Shown: positions 29,529 to 40,801, counted from the first letter of the stretch. The stretch is DNA of 64,000 nt from Candidatus Poribacteria bacterium (GCA_965208325.1 OZ242326.1:3520001-3584000); one strand, 5' to 3'. Notes: a model not told the origin generated them from the letters alone. Made by a program: numbers and translations.

Positions 29529-30026
29529 ATGGCGTTTGATCCGAAGTTGCAGCGGCAGATAATGGGCTGCTTTGCAACGGGCGTCACGGTGGTGACAACG
29601 CGATACGGCGACCACATCACCGGCATGACAGCAAACGCCATCATGTCTCTGTCGCTGAAACCGCCGCGCATCGTCGTTTCCGTTGACAAGTTGAGTCACA
29701 TGCACGAATCGCTCTTGCAAGGCAAATGCTTCGCCATCAATGTGCTGCGGGCCGATCAGGAGTCTACTTCTCGCCAGTTTGCAATGCCGGGACCGAAAGA
29801 CTTTTCCGGCTTGCCGCTAACCGTAGCGGAGACCGGGGCGCCCGTTTTGGTTGAAGCGCTCGCGTTCGTCGATTGCCGGCTCGTCGAGATTCTTTCGGGC
29901 GGCGATCACGACATGTTCCTCGGTGAACCCGTTGTCGGTGAGGCGCGTGATGGCGAACCGCTTATATTTTACGGCGGAGGTTACACGCAGCTAGCGTTAT
30001 CAAACGGGCAAGAGGGGATTCCATGA
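29529..30026 (+). CDS. flavin reductase (HpaC/RutF-like)
   Basis: MGCFATGVTVVT, SLSLKPP, GDH; AAGGAGG SD before ATG 29529. Confidence 0.9.
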   Translation: MAFDPKLQRQIMGCFATGVTVVTTRYGDHITGMTANAIMSLSLKPPRIVVSVDKLSHMHESLLQGKCFAINVLRADQESTSRQFAMPGPKDFSGLPLTVAETGAPVLVEALAFVDCRLVEILSGGDHDMFLGEPVVGEARDGEPLIFYGGGYTQLALSNGQEGIP

Positions 30027-30433
30027 ATCCCATGCTTTGGAATATTGGCTTGAAAATTGAGGAGCTAGATACGGAAATCGGTTTTTTGGAAGCGATTGGC
30101 GCCAAACTCCGGTATCGCGAACGCCGAATAAATCCAAGTGGGGGAAAATACAATACCGCGCTGCTGGAGTTCGGTGGAACCCGTGCTTTTCTAGTCGATG
30201 AACCGGTTTTCGAACACAAGCTCGAACATCAACTCATCTCCGGATTAACCCACATTGTGTTTGAAGTTGACAACCTTGCGGAAGCGTACGTACAGATTAC
30301 CGGGCTAGGTGCAAAAGTGCTTATCGAGCCAAAACTGGTCAGTGGCGGGTATGGGTCGCGCCGCATCGCCTTTTTCCAATCCCCCAACGGCCTTGTATTC
30401 GAGATGATTGAAATCCTAGAAGCAAAGGTGTGA
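30023..30433 (+). CDS. VOC family protein
   Basis: GLTHIVFEVDNL, IAFFQSPNGLVFEMIE; ATGA overlap with the reductase. Confidence 0.85.
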   Translation: MNPMLWNIGLKIEELDTEIGFLEAIGAKLRYRERRINPSGGKYNTALLEFGGTRAFLVDEPVFEHKLEHQLISGLTHIVFEVDNLAEAYVQITGLGAKVLIEPKLVSGGYGSRRIAFFQSPNGLVFEMIEILEAKV

Positions 30434-30446
30434 AATTTTCGCACGC

Positions 30447-32258
30447 TTATTGTTCCCTTAAACCCATTCCTTCCTGCGCGGTTAGAAATTGATTCCCCTT
30501 CACATTTTCAAATCGGTTTACAAGTCCACTGGGCCAGTGAATCTCTACTAAATCTGCCGTATCGGACTGACCAAGCCCAAAGTGTAATCGCATATCGCTA
30601 TGCGAAGGGTAGCTTCCCCCGCTTTTAACTTCTTTAATTTGTGATTTACCGCCTGACACGACCATAATACGGGTCCCGATACCATCACGGTTGCTTTGCA
30701 CGCCAACTGTTGTAAATGTAAGCCAGTGGTTTAGATGGTTGCTGTCATTGCGCAGGAGATTTGGCGTCTGATGACAGTTGGTAACTAAGATATCAATATC
30801 TCCATCGTTATCATAGTCGCCAAACGCCGCACCGCGACTCACACTTTTCAAAAGTAACCCTTCGCCCGATTGACTGGAAACATCTTCAAACGTGCTGTCG
30901 CCGCGGTTTCTGAAAAGTTGGTTTTGCTGGGCATAAGTGAGGTTCGGATTGATGAGATGGATGTTATCGTTCAGGTCTCCGGTGGCGACAAAAAGATCTA
31001 TGTATCCGTCGTTGTCAAAGTCTGCGAAATCTGCACCCCAAGAGAGTCGCATGAGTGTTTGGGCACCGATGCCAGATCGGTACGTGATATCTGCAAAAAG
31101 CCCGTTTCGTTCGCTGCGGTAGACAGCGTTGGGCTCACCACTGAAATTTGTTACAACCAGATCGAACCACCCGTCGTTGTCAATATCGCCAAAAACCGGT
31201 GCCATGCTGCTATATGCGCTACCCGTTTCATCGACCGCAACCCCGCTGAATAAGGCGACCTCGGTGAACACCCCATTGCCTTGATTCCGAAAAAGCCAGT
31301 CGGCTTCTAAGTCGTTTGCCACAAACAAGTCGAGGTCGTGGTCGTTGTCGTAGTCGCACCAGACAATTCCCATTCCTTTACCGTTTGGGTTAAACACACC
31401 GGCTTCACGGGTTACGTCCGTGAATGTACCGTCGCCATTGTTTTGGTAAAGTACACTCGGCGTCCCCTCAAAGTTTTTAGGCGAACAATATGTTCGCACG
31501 TTAAACTCACCGCACTGGGGATTGTCCTCCAATTCAAACGCAACATAATTCGCGACATACAGGTCCAGGTCACTATCATTATCATAATCGGCAAAAGCAG
31601 CAGAAGCTCCCCACAGGGTGTCACCTACTCCTGCCTGAACTGTCACATCCGTGAAAGTACCATCACGGTTGTTGTGATAGAGTACGTTTGGGCCAAAATT
31701 AGCGACATAAAGATCTGGAAAGCCGTCATTGTCGAAATCTCCCACGGCGCAACTGAAACCATAACTGCCATCGCCCACGCCTGCCTGAACTGTTACATCT
31801 GAGAAGGTGCCATCGCCATTATTGCGATAAAGTGCGTTTGTTGGCGGCACAACGGAGTGCATGCCTGGTAGGTCTGCCCCGTTCACGAAATAGATGTCTA
31901 TATCTCCATCCCGATCATAATCGAACCATGCCGCACCAGCTCCAATGGGCTCGAGATAATACTTCGCGCCGCTGCGTCCATCTTCATGCTTAAATTGAAC
32001 GCCGGCTTCAGATGTGACCTCGCTAAATTTTAGGTCAGCCCGCGTTGGCAGCACGGAACACCGAAAGAGCAGAACGCAAATCAAAAAATGTACCGCGGTT
32101 TGTAGTATGTACCGCGTAGCAGTTAAAGCAGCGAACGGATGTTTTTGTTTCTTCTCCCTCTGTTCCTTGTGTACACAATTCACAACTGTAACGAATCCTT
32201 CCCTGCGTATCGTTTGGACATCTGCCAATTTCGAACTCGTTCTATTGCTTCCGTCCAT
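30447..32258 (-). CDS. CRTAC1/ASPIC-UnbV FG-GAP repeat protein (start uncertain)
   Basis: Repeated DYDNDGDxD and NNGDGTFTDVT, NRDGIG, LHFGLG, IHWPSG. Confidence 0.9.
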   Translation of the reverse strand: MDGSNRTSSKLADVQTIRREGFVTVVNCVHKEQREKKQKHPFAALTATRYILQTAVHFLICVLLFRCSVLPTRADLKFSEVTSEAGVQFKHEDGRSGAKYYLEPIGAGAAWFDYDRDGDIDIYFVNGADLPGMHSVVPPTNALYRNNGDGTFSDVTVQAGVGDGSYGFSCAVGDFDNDGFPDLYVANFGPNVLYHNNRDGTFTDVTVQAGVGDTLWGASAAFADYDNDSDLDLYVANYVAFELEDNPQCGEFNVRTYCSPKNFEGTPSVLYQNNGDGTFTDVTREAGVFNPNGKGMGIVWCDYDNDHDLDLFVANDLEADWLFRNQGNGVFTEVALFSGVAVDETGSAYSSMAPVFGDIDNDGWFDLVVTNFSGEPNAVYRSERNGLFADITYRSGIGAQTLMRLSWGADFADFDNDGYIDLFVATGDLNDNIHLINPNLTYAQQNQLFRNRGDSTFEDVSSQSGEGLLLKSVSRGAAFGDYDNDGDIDILVTNCHQTPNLLRNDSNHLNHWLTFTTVGVQSNRDGIGTRIMVVSGGKSQIKEVKSGGSYPSHSDMRLHFGLGQSDTADLVEIHWPSGLVNRFENVKGNQFLTAQEGMGLREQ

Positions 32259-32318
32259 ACTTCATATCTCTTTCGCAGTGAAATTGAGGGTTTTAATCTG
32301 CTTCCGGTTTGAGGCGAG

Positions 32319-32347
32319 ATTATAACAATCGTACTCTCTGTTGTCAA
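32319..32347 (-). promoter_or_regulatory. consensus sigma70 promoter
   Basis: TTGACA-N17-TATAAT, perfect match on the minus strand. Confidence 0.75.
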
Positions 32348-32738
32348 GGTATGGTGAGAAGCAAATAATTTGCCCCTAGGGACCGGTACAGAGTGATGAA
32401 ACTCCCTTAAAATGGACTTTCTTTTCAGAATGGCATCAGGTATACTCTTACAATAACGCCGCTTCTCCGTTCATCTGCAGTCTGCGTGACTGACCCACCA
32501 AAGTCCTGTGGAACCCAGATGACGGTGACTTGCGTTTCCTAACAGCCAAGTAAAACAGATTAGCGCCCTGCTTCGAGAGCGTCAAGCAAGTCCAAATCGA
32601 AGTGCTCCACGTGAGATTGAACGGATCGTTAATTCACCTGCCATCAGTTTCAAGCGTCTGAATTTTGTTTCTGTTGTGGCAGGGTCATCATATAACTGTT
32701 TCAACCCGTCGGTGCATGGGTGAAAGGATTTCTGAAAC

Positions 32739-34109
32739 TTGAAGGTCTGGCGAATGAAGAGAACAAAATTGCGAGTTGTCGTGCTAACGTGGACGGTGGT
32801 AGGACTTTTCGTTGGTTCGATGAACTCAGAAGCGAGTGCAGCATACATTATTCAGGAAGGAAATACGATGGTCAAGACCAGGATTAAAGTCGCACGATCA
32901 CCTAATCTCCTAGATAACCGTATTGGCGGGGATTACGGCAGCGATCCCAATGTAACCGAACACATCTTTGATATAGGACTCAAATGGGTTCGACTGGGAT
33001 TCTGGAACAGCGGACTTAACTGGCAACGCGTTCGTAGGGCGCCGGGAAGCTATTCAATCGACACAGCGCCGGATAATTTTGTGACTGATCTCGCTGAGGG
33101 CGGTGTAACGGTTGTAATGACGATGGGTGTTGGCGATGGTCGATCCCGCGGGGACGATATGTGGCGGTTAACACCGTCAGTGATGAACGACTACCGAGAA
33201 TACGTGCGAACGCTCGTTCAACACTTCAAAGACCGCGTCCAGTATTTCGAGATTTGGAACGAACCAGATACCGGTACTGATTGGGGCCGCATCCCTCCGA
33301 TTGACTATGCGAGGCTTGTTAGGCATGTTGCACCGGTGATACGCAAAGAGGCGCCAGAAGCCAAGATTGTCATCGGCGCAATCGGCGGCTGGTGGCAGCC
33401 GAAATTCCCTGGATATGGTAACGCAAGCCGCTACACGCTTCACCGCGAATACTTGGAAGAGGTGCTCTGCTCCGGCATTGCTCCACTCGTTGATGTAATC
33501 TCTTGGCATCCGTTTTACGGGCATCGACCGGACGATCCTTACTACCAGAATTACACTAAGATGGTTGAGGAAATACGGCACCTGGCTGCCGTTCAGGGTT
33601 TTAAAGGGGAATACCTTGTGGAAGAAGCGCTATGGCGTGTCGAGAGCGCCGATGAACCACAGGGGCCAGTGTCCGCCATAGTTTCCGCCAAATACATCGC
33701 ACGTACCATAGTTATGCACCGGGGCATTGACATAACGGTGACGGTAAGCGGCATGTTTCCGGGCAAATGCCCGGAGGTGGCTCGGCGCCTGTGCACCATC
33801 CTTGCGGGCGCTGAAGCGGATGACTTCACGGTTGTGTTGCATACCGAGTCGTCTGAGATTGTCCATTACGGATTTCAACTGCCAAATGGCGATCTACTGG
33901 TAGCCCTGTGGTCCAATGGAGTAGCGGTGGACGACGACTCCGGCATAGTTGCCGATATTACGTGCCAGCTGCCTGTCAGCGGTGCAATCGGGATGGACGT
34001 GCTGCACGGCTATCAACAAGACTTGGATATTGAAGGCGGGGTTGAAAACACTCGAATTCGCGGTCTGTACGTACCCGATTATCCGATGCTCATCCGGCTA
34101 CAAAGATAA
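32739..34109 (+). CDS. clan GH-A glycoside hydrolase (GH39/GH5-like); start uncertain
   Basis: FEIWNEPD acid/base motif, PEAKIVIG, DVISWHP. Confidence 0.7.
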   Translation: MKVWRMKRTKLRVVVLTWTVVGLFVGSMNSEASAAYIIQEGNTMVKTRIKVARSPNLLDNRIGGDYGSDPNVTEHIFDIGLKWVRLGFWNSGLNWQRVRRAPGSYSIDTAPDNFVTDLAEGGVTVVMTMGVGDGRSRGDDMWRLTPSVMNDYREYVRTLVQHFKDRVQYFEIWNEPDTGTDWGRIPPIDYARLVRHVAPVIRKEAPEAKIVIGAIGGWWQPKFPGYGNASRYTLHREYLEEVLCSGIAPLVDVISWHPFYGHRPDDPYYQNYTKMVEEIRHLAAVQGFKGEYLVEEALWRVESADEPQGPVSAIVSAKYIARTIVMHRGIDITVTVSGMFPGKCPEVARRLCTILAGAEADDFTVVLHTESSEIVHYGFQLPNGDLLVALWSNGVAVDDDSGIVADITCQLPVSGAIGMDVLHGYQQDLDIEGGVENTRIRGLYVPDYPMLIRLQR

Positions 34110-34578
34110 CAGGGCTTCCGTCGGACGTTCAGACATTTTTAGGACGATAGTTTTATTCCACGGTATGTGAAGTTCTTTTCCCTTCCAACTGACATTGAAA
34201 TTCCTCATCTGATGCCATAGCAGTCTGCGATCGAATCGTTGTTACATCCCTGAATTGTCGAAAAATGGATCCACCATTGTTTTTCTCTTTTCTCATTGGC
34301 AGAACTGAACAGCCTTCAGCTAGCCACGGAAATCTATTGACAACTCGTAAGGATTTGTGTTACTGTTACTCATGTTGCTACTACCGAAAGTTCCTGACAT
34401 CATTGGGCGCTTCTTTTGTCCTAGCGGTGTACCGATTCGATAGCATTAACTGAACGGGGTCGGACATTCAGAATAGTCTACTTTTAGGAAGTTGCAACCT
34501 GAAATATAAAGGGAAATGTAGGTTTTACAAACAGCGAAAGCGGCTTCGAATCGGAGTCTCGCCTAACTTCGACAAAGA

Positions 34579-35772
34579 TTGGAGTCTTATTGGATGAACA
34601 CGTCCGATTTCAAAAATAGTTCACAACAAATTCCAAACCGCCTTCTCCTTGGACCTGGACCTAGTAATACCCCGCCGCGCGTACTTACAGCAATGAACCA
34701 ACCCATGCTCGGATATTTGGACCCTGTTTTTCTGGAATTGATGGATGAGACCATGGAACTGCTTCGCGGCGTGTTTGGCACCGAAAATCAGTTGACGTTC
34801 CCAGTGTCAGCAACAGGGAGTGCTGGCATGGAAGCTACCTTGTGCAATCTGATTGAACCGGGTGATGAAATCATCGTTTGCGTCAACGGTTTTTTTGGCG
34901 CGCGAATTGCTGATATTGTGAAACGATGCAGGGGAAAACTGCATGTTGTTGAAGGGGATTGGGGAAACATTATTGACCCTGAAGATGTTGAAAACAAGCT
35001 AAATGCAGTAAACGCCAAGATTGTGTGCATTGTTCATGCAGAAACGTCCACGGGTGTCTTACAGCCTTTAGACGATATTTCCGCCATGGCAAAACGCAAT
35101 GATGCTCTCTTACTCGTAGACTGCGTGACTTCATTGGGCGGAGTTCCTGTCAATCTGGATGCGTCAGGTATTGATGTAGCTTATAGCTGTACACAAAAAT
35201 GCCTGGGCGGCCCGCCAGGGCTTTCTCCGGTGAGTTTTAGCGATCGGGCGGTCGAGATTATACACAAACGGAAAACAGAAATACAGAGTTTTTACCTTGA
35301 TATGCGGCTGCTTTCGAACTACTGGGGCAAAGAGCGAGTTTACCACCATACCGCGCCTATTTCAATGAACTACGCCATCAATGAAGCACTGAAACTAGTC
35401 GAAGAAGAGGGGCTAACTCAGCGATACCACCGCCATCAATTGCATTCGCAGGCACTAGCGGCTGGATTGGAATCAATCGGAATTGAGCGGATTGCGCAAG
35501 AGGGACACCGTGCCCCAATGCTGACTTCCGTGTCTATCCCCGATGGTGTGGATGATGCCGGCATCCGCCGCCGGTTGCTGGAAGAATATAATATTGAAAT
35601 TGGTGGTGGACTCGGCGTTTTTAAAGGAAAAGCGTGGCGAATCGGGCTGATGGGTGAGTCTTGCCGCAAAGAGAGTGTCATTCGTCTGCTCTCCGCACTT
35701 GAGGACCTCTTACCTGACGTTACACAGTTAGCAGGCGTAGAGGCAGCCGAAAGGGTTTACGCCGCCGAATAA
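34579..35772 (+). CDS. alanine-glyoxylate/serine-pyruvate aminotransferase (class V PLP)
   Basis: LLGPGPS, VHAETSTG, DCVTSLGG, TQKCLGGPPG, WRIGLMG. Confidence 0.93.
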   Translation: MESYWMNTSDFKNSSQQIPNRLLLGPGPSNTPPRVLTAMNQPMLGYLDPVFLELMDETMELLRGVFGTENQLTFPVSATGSAGMEATLCNLIEPGDEIIVCVNGFFGARIADIVKRCRGKLHVVEGDWGNIIDPEDVENKLNAVNAKIVCIVHAETSTGVLQPLDDISAMAKRNDALLLVDCVTSLGGVPVNLDASGIDVAYSCTQKCLGGPPGLSPVSFSDRAVEIIHKRKTEIQSFYLDMRLLSNYWGKERVYHHTAPISMNYAINEALKLVEEEGLTQRYHRHQLHSQALAAGLESIGIERIAQEGHRAPMLTSVSIPDGVDDAGIRRRLLEEYNIEIGGGLGVFKGKAWRIGLMGESCRKESVIRLLSALEDLLPDVTQLAGVEAAERVYAAE

Positions 35773-36008
35773 TACCGCAAGATTACCCTTACGGATGTTC
35801 GCGCTACGACTTTCCGTTTGAAGCAGCACACCGCTAACCGCGCCAAGAGTTTCCAGAACATGAATTTTGCAAGGTGAACGCGAAATGCCGCATATATTCC
35901 AGTCGGTCAAAAACGACATCTATTGGAGGCGCAACATTCCGTAAGACCACTTTGTCAGAATTAATATGAATCCGTTTGTGACGAAAATTGCGTTTGCCGG
36001 CGATATAA

Positions 36009-36608
36009 ATGAACCGGGTACCAATACAACCATTTGAGCGATTTCTTCAACAACAGGGTTATCACCGTATTGCGGGGGTTGACGAAGCTGGACGAGGTGC
36101 TTTAGCGGGGCCAGTCGTTGCTTCCGCCGTTGTCCTTCCGTTCAACTGTTCCATCCCAGGGCTCACGGATTCAAAACAGTTGACACCCAAGCAACGCGAC
36201 GATTTGTTTATTGAAATTGAGAAATCAGCGGTGGCTGTCAGTGTCGGCTGCGTAGGAAATGAAGAAATCGATCGAGTGAATATTCTCCAAGCAACACTGA
36301 TAGCAATGAGTGAAGCCATCGAACGTATTTCCCCTTTACCCGATTTTGTTCTCGTTGATGGCACACAACTTCCTCCCATCTCCGTTCGCGCTCACGCCAT
36401 TCCAAAGGGAGATTGTCTCTACCAATCAATTGCCGCGGCATCTATCATCGCAAAAGTTAAACGGGACCGCTTCATGATTGAGTTAGGCAAGGTTTATCCA
36501 CACTACGGATTTCAACGGCACAAAGGATACGGTACAAGGCAGCATCGGCAGGCAATTTCTAAAGTTGGAGTGTGTCCGATACATCGGCGTAGTTTTAAAC
36601 TTCAGTAA
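36009..36608 (+). CDS. rnhB: ribonuclease HII
   Basis: GVDEAGRG, DSKQL, KGD..SIAAASIIAKV, HKGYGT, HRRSF. Confidence 0.97.
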   Translation: MNRVPIQPFERFLQQQGYHRIAGVDEAGRGALAGPVVASAVVLPFNCSIPGLTDSKQLTPKQRDDLFIEIEKSAVAVSVGCVGNEEIDRVNILQATLIAMSEAIERISPLPDFVLVDGTQLPPISVRAHAIPKGDCLYQSIAAASIIAKVKRDRFMIELGKVYPHYGFQRHKGYGTRQHRQAISKVGVCPIHRRSFKLQ

Positions 36609-36609
36609 C

Positions 36610-36990
36610 ATGAGCAACTCGAACATAAAGATTGGCAAGATTGGCGAAGCGTTTGCCGTCGATTATCTTAAAGCACAGGACTATTGGATACTTGAGCGGA
36701 ATTACCGCCTGCGTTTCGGTGAAATTGACCTCATCGCTCGCCAAGGGAGGCGAACCGTATTCGTTGAAGTCAAGACACGTCGAAGTCTCAAGTTTGGCGC
36801 ACCGCAGACCGCCGTGACGCCAACCAAGCAAAAGCAGATTTCGAAGGTCGCTTTGAGTTACTTGCAAGAACACAATCTTCTGGATGGCGCTTGCCGATTC
36901 GATGTTATCGCAGTATACCTCTCGTTAAAATGCGAGCTCATCGATCTCCAACACATAGAAAATGCATTTGAGTTTCGTACGAATGCTTGA
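36610..36990 (+). CDS. yraN: YraN family endonuclease-like protein
   Basis: GEIDLIA, VFVEVKTR, RFDVIA, IENAF. Confidence 0.93.
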   Translation: MSNSNIKIGKIGEAFAVDYLKAQDYWILERNYRLRFGEIDLIARQGRRTVFVEVKTRRSLKFGAPQTAVTPTKQKQISKVALSYLQEHNLLDGACRFDVIAVYLSLKCELIDLQHIENAFEFRTNA

Positions 36991-37034
36991 TGCTTTGTCA
37001 TCAACAGCGTGGGTAAAACACAGAAAGGCGATGG

Positions 37035-37721
37035 TTGATGCAAGCTATTATTTTATGCGGAGGGCTTTCGACACGGCTTGGTGACCTAACAAAAAGGGTG
37101 CCGAAAATTCTGCTAGATGTACGCGGGCGGACGGTGCTTGAATGGCAAATTGAACTATTGAAGCAAGCCGGCGTGGATGAAGTCATCCTTGCATCAGGTC
37201 ACTTGCATGATACGCTAGTAAAAGCAGTTGGGACGAGGTGCAATGGCGTATCCATGCAATACGCCAGAGAGGAAACAAGGTTGGACACGGGCGGCGCAAT
37301 CAAACATGCGATGCAGTATATTTGCGCGTCGCCCTTTTTTGTGCTGAATGGCGATGTGTTGTTGGAAGGTTTTGCTCTGTCCGCGATGTTGAATTGCTCT
37401 CATCGAGAGGCAGTGGGCATTTTACTTGGTGTGTTGGTTGATGATGTCAGTGCTTACGGTGAGATTGATTCGGACGATTGGAATAGGATTACAGGATTCC
37501 GTGAAAAGCAACGGATTCAGCGGTCTGGATTCATCAACGCAGGCGTGTATCTATTCAATCAGTCAATGGCAAATTACTTCCCCAATCAAGACGTGTTTTC
37601 TATTGAGAAAGATGTCTTCCCTTACGTGCAAAATCTTTATGTGCACAAAGCGGCAATCAATTGGATTGATGTCGGCGATCCAAAACGCCTTGCGTACGCC
37701 CGCGAGTGCTTTGGTACGTAA
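37035..37721 (+). CDS. sugar-phosphate nucleotidyltransferase
   Basis: ILCGGLSTRL...PK, LDTGGAI, LNGD, INAGVY, WIDVG. Confidence 0.9.
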   Translation: MMQAIILCGGLSTRLGDLTKRVPKILLDVRGRTVLEWQIELLKQAGVDEVILASGHLHDTLVKAVGTRCNGVSMQYAREETRLDTGGAIKHAMQYICASPFFVLNGDVLLEGFALSAMLNCSHREAVGILLGVLVDDVSAYGEIDSDDWNRITGFREKQRIQRSGFINAGVYLFNQSMANYFPNQDVFSIEKDVFPYVQNLYVHKAAINWIDVGDPKRLAYARECFGT

Positions 37722-37869
37722 GCCATCGCGTTGAATTTAGGTTGACTATTTTTTGCCCGAAAACACCTACAAAATGTATTTCAATGGAAAAACCGATTGG
37801 TACAGTTTTTTCGTAAATTCTGATTTCACACCAAATTTTTTTTGATTTTCAAACTTACTGGAGGAATTT

Positions 37870-40347
37870 ATGAAAGTCAGACTTTTTATAGCATTTTCAA
37901 TGCTTGTATTGTTTGCTTTTTCCCTTAAAGCAGAGGAGACGACAACTTCAATAGAGTTAGAAGAGATTATCACCGTCGGTACGCGCGTGCCGGAGCGGAG
38001 TAGGCTTGATTCGCCAGTGCCGGTTGATGTCATTAACGAAGACGCAATCCGGAAGACAGGACATACTGAAGTTGGCCGTGTACTGCAGACATTGGCACCG
38101 TCATTCAACTTTTCGAGTTCATCAATTAGCGACGGTACGGATGCGCTGCGGCCCGCGACACTCCGAGGCTTGGGCCCCGATCAGGTACTTGTGCTTGTGA
38201 ACGGAAAACGGCGACACGGAAGCGCATTGATTCACGTAAACACTTCTGTCGGCCGCGGTACGGCGGGCGTGGATATGAATGCGATTCCCGCTAGTGCCAT
38301 CAAACGAATCGAGATTCTGCGCGATGGTGCGTCGGCGCAATACGGTTCAGATGCGCTCGCTGGAGTCATCAACCTTGTGCTAAAAGATGACAACGAAGGA
38401 GGATTAGGATACTCTTACGGCTCTACTTTCGCCGGCGACGGTGAAACGTTCACACTAAACGCCCATAAAGGGTTCAAATTCGGAAATGATGGTACTATTC
38501 ACGGCGCAATTGAGTACCGAGACAGACAACCCACTAACCGTGCTGGCTTGACGGGCGTGATTCAATACCCCGGCAGCGAAGTTAAAGAGGGTAGTCCTGT
38601 CCAGCTAGTAAATGACGCCGGCAACAAAGAGCATAGCTTTGACCGCCAAAATTTCCGTCTTGGCGACGCGGAATCTCGCCAAGGTGCCGTAGTATTGAAC
38701 TTGGACAAGCCGATTGACAGCATTTGGCAAGGCGCCGCTTTCTACAGTTTCCTTGATTATTCTAATCGACAGAACACCAGCGCAGGATTCTACCGAAGAG
38801 CCAATCAACTTGACCGTAACCCGGAAGGATCGGACTATCCCGATGGATTCCTTCCGTTAATCAACACAAGTGTACTTGATTACTCTATTGGGGTGGGAAT
38901 CAAGCAGAAGTTCAACAGTGGCCTGCGGATGGATGCGAGCGTCGTCACGGGCGGCAATAGCTTTGCGTTCAACATCAGCAATTCACACAACGCCTCGCTT
39001 GTCGCTGCGGATGGCTCAAGCCCATCATCCGCTGACGCAGGCGACCTGCGGTTGTTCCTCAACACGGTGGACCTCGATTTTTCACTTCCGACGGACTGGG
39101 GAAACGTTGCAGTCGGAGGCGGATTTAGGAACGACATCTACCAAATCACAGCAGGTGAGGAAGTTTCGTACAGAGATTATGATGGTCCCGGCGGCGCTTC
39201 AGGCGGCATCCAGGTTTTCCCTGGCTTCCAGCCCTCAAATGAAGTGAACGAACTGCGTACGGCTTTCGCATTCTACACGGATGTAGAGCTAAATCCCATT
39301 GAGTCGGTGTTCATCAATCCTGCTGGGCGGGTTGAGAACTATAGTGACTTTGGATCAACCGTGAACGGAAAGCTGGCGCTGCGCTATGAACCGATTGAAG
39401 AGCTAGCACTGCGTGGTTCAGCAAGTACGGGATTTCGCGCGCCCTCTATGCAGCAACTGTATTTCAACAACGTAAGCACGCAATTCAATACGGTTGACGG
39501 CCAGTCGGTCGCCCAAGAAATTGGCACATTCCGAAACGATAGCGGTATCGCAAAAGCTGTCGGTATTCCGGAGTTGACGGAAGAGACCGCGGTGAATGTC
39601 AGCAGCGGATTTATCCTCCGTCCGCTTCCGCGCTTGACGCTCACGGCAGATGTCTACCGGACAACCATTAGCGACCGCATAATCATTAGTGGACGCTTGG
39701 CGAGCGGCAATGAAGGGATTCCGTCAGAGATAAGAAAGAGTCTCGCCGATTCAGGCGTTGCAGGCGCGCAATTTTTCATGAACGCAGCCGATACTCAAAC
39801 ACAAGGCGTAGACGTTGTGGCGTCCTATACGTACCCGGTGTTCGAGCAAGGAAGACTCTTACTTAGCTTCGCCGCAAACTATACGGAAACCGAGATTACC
39901 GACGTAAATCTCCCCGCGAATCTCCCTGAATCCCTCTTCACTGAGCAAGACCGCTCAATCATTGAGACGTGGCAACCGAAAGACAGGGTTTCTATGTCAA
40001 CCCGATATACGAACGGTTCACTAGGGGTGGACTACGCAGTCCATCGGTATGGTGAATACACCGTGATTGATGGCGGTAAAAGCCAAACTTTTACACCGAA
40101 GTATCTTACCGACATTCAAATTAGTTACGGGGTGGGCGAGTACGGCCGAATCAAAATCGGTGCGAATAACTTGTTCAACGTCACGCCGGATGAAAACCAT
40201 ATTGGGCAATCGCGGGGCGGGAAAATCGTGGATCCGTGGGGTAACGTGATTGTCGATTCGCCGGGCGTTTTTACCTATTCGCGGCGTTCTGCACCGTTTG
40301 GTTTCAATGGCGGGTTGTATTATATCGGCTGGGAGAATACGTTTTAA
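37870..40347 (+). CDS. TonB-dependent receptor
   Basis: Signal peptide, TonB box-like EEIITVGTR, LRGLGPDQVLVLVNGKR, IEILRDGASAQYGSDA, STGFRAPS, terminal F. Confidence 0.95.
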   Translation: MKVRLFIAFSMLVLFAFSLKAEETTTSIELEEIITVGTRVPERSRLDSPVPVDVINEDAIRKTGHTEVGRVLQTLAPSFNFSSSSISDGTDALRPATLRGLGPDQVLVLVNGKRRHGSALIHVNTSVGRGTAGVDMNAIPASAIKRIEILRDGASAQYGSDALAGVINLVLKDDNEGGLGYSYGSTFAGDGETFTLNAHKGFKFGNDGTIHGAIEYRDRQPTNRAGLTGVIQYPGSEVKEGSPVQLVNDAGNKEHSFDRQNFRLGDAESRQGAVVLNLDKPIDSIWQGAAFYSFLDYSNRQNTSAGFYRRANQLDRNPEGSDYPDGFLPLINTSVLDYSIGVGIKQKFNSGLRMDASVVTGGNSFAFNISNSHNASLVAADGSSPSSADAGDLRLFLNTVDLDFSLPTDWGNVAVGGGFRNDIYQITAGEEVSYRDYDGPGGASGGIQVFPGFQPSNEVNELRTAFAFYTDVELNPIESVFINPAGRVENYSDFGSTVNGKLALRYEPIEELALRGSASTGFRAPSMQQLYFNNVSTQFNTVDGQSVAQEIGTFRNDSGIAKAVGIPELTEETAVNVSSGFILRPLPRLTLTADVYRTTISDRIIISGRLASGNEGIPSEIRKSLADSGVAGAQFFMNAADTQTQGVDVVASYTYPVFEQGRLLLSFAANYTETEITDVNLPANLPESLFTEQDRSIIETWQPKDRVSMSTRYTNGSLGVDYAVHRYGEYTVIDGGKSQTFTPKYLTDIQISYGVGEYGRIKIGANNLFNVTPDENHIGQSRGGKIVDPWGNVIVDSPGVFTYSRRSAPFGFNGGLYYIGWENTF

Positions 40348-40513
40348 TGGGTTATAGCACAAAAATGGGAATTTGGCTGAGGTGGAGAAACCCCGCCTCA
40401 GCCAGTTAATAAATGGAACGAAATCATCCGGCAAGTTCTGCCGATAGGTTCACCAAAAAAGCTACGGTCGGGAGAATGCCGTTGTAAGATAATTTCTATA
40501 TTTGAGTCAGTGA

Positions 40514-40801
40514 GTGAACATTCGCATTGACATCGATCCGGCAAACGGCTTGCCTCAAAATTACCACCATGATGTTGATGAAAAGGAAAATGAGGAGGTG
40601 TTACGGAATCCGGGGGAGTATCGAGACGGGCGTGAAGAATCACGCGTTGCTATCGGTCAGACGCAAGCAGGACGCTACTTACGAGTCTTTTACGTTCCAG
40701 ATCCGCAACCTGATAGCGTGTTTGTAGTTACGGCATACGCATTGAAGGGCAAACCCTTAACGGAATATCAAAGAAGCCAACGAGGGAGAGGACGACGATA
40801 A
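40514..40801 (+). CDS. BrnT/DUF4258-like toxin (RelE-fold)
   Basis: RVAIGQTQAGRYLRVFY...FVVTAY pattern and basic C-terminus. Confidence 0.65.
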   Translation: MNIRIDIDPANGLPQNYHHDVDEKENEEVLRNPGEYRDGREESRVAIGQTQAGRYLRVFYVPDPQPDSVFVVTAYALKGKPLTEYQRSQRGRGRR

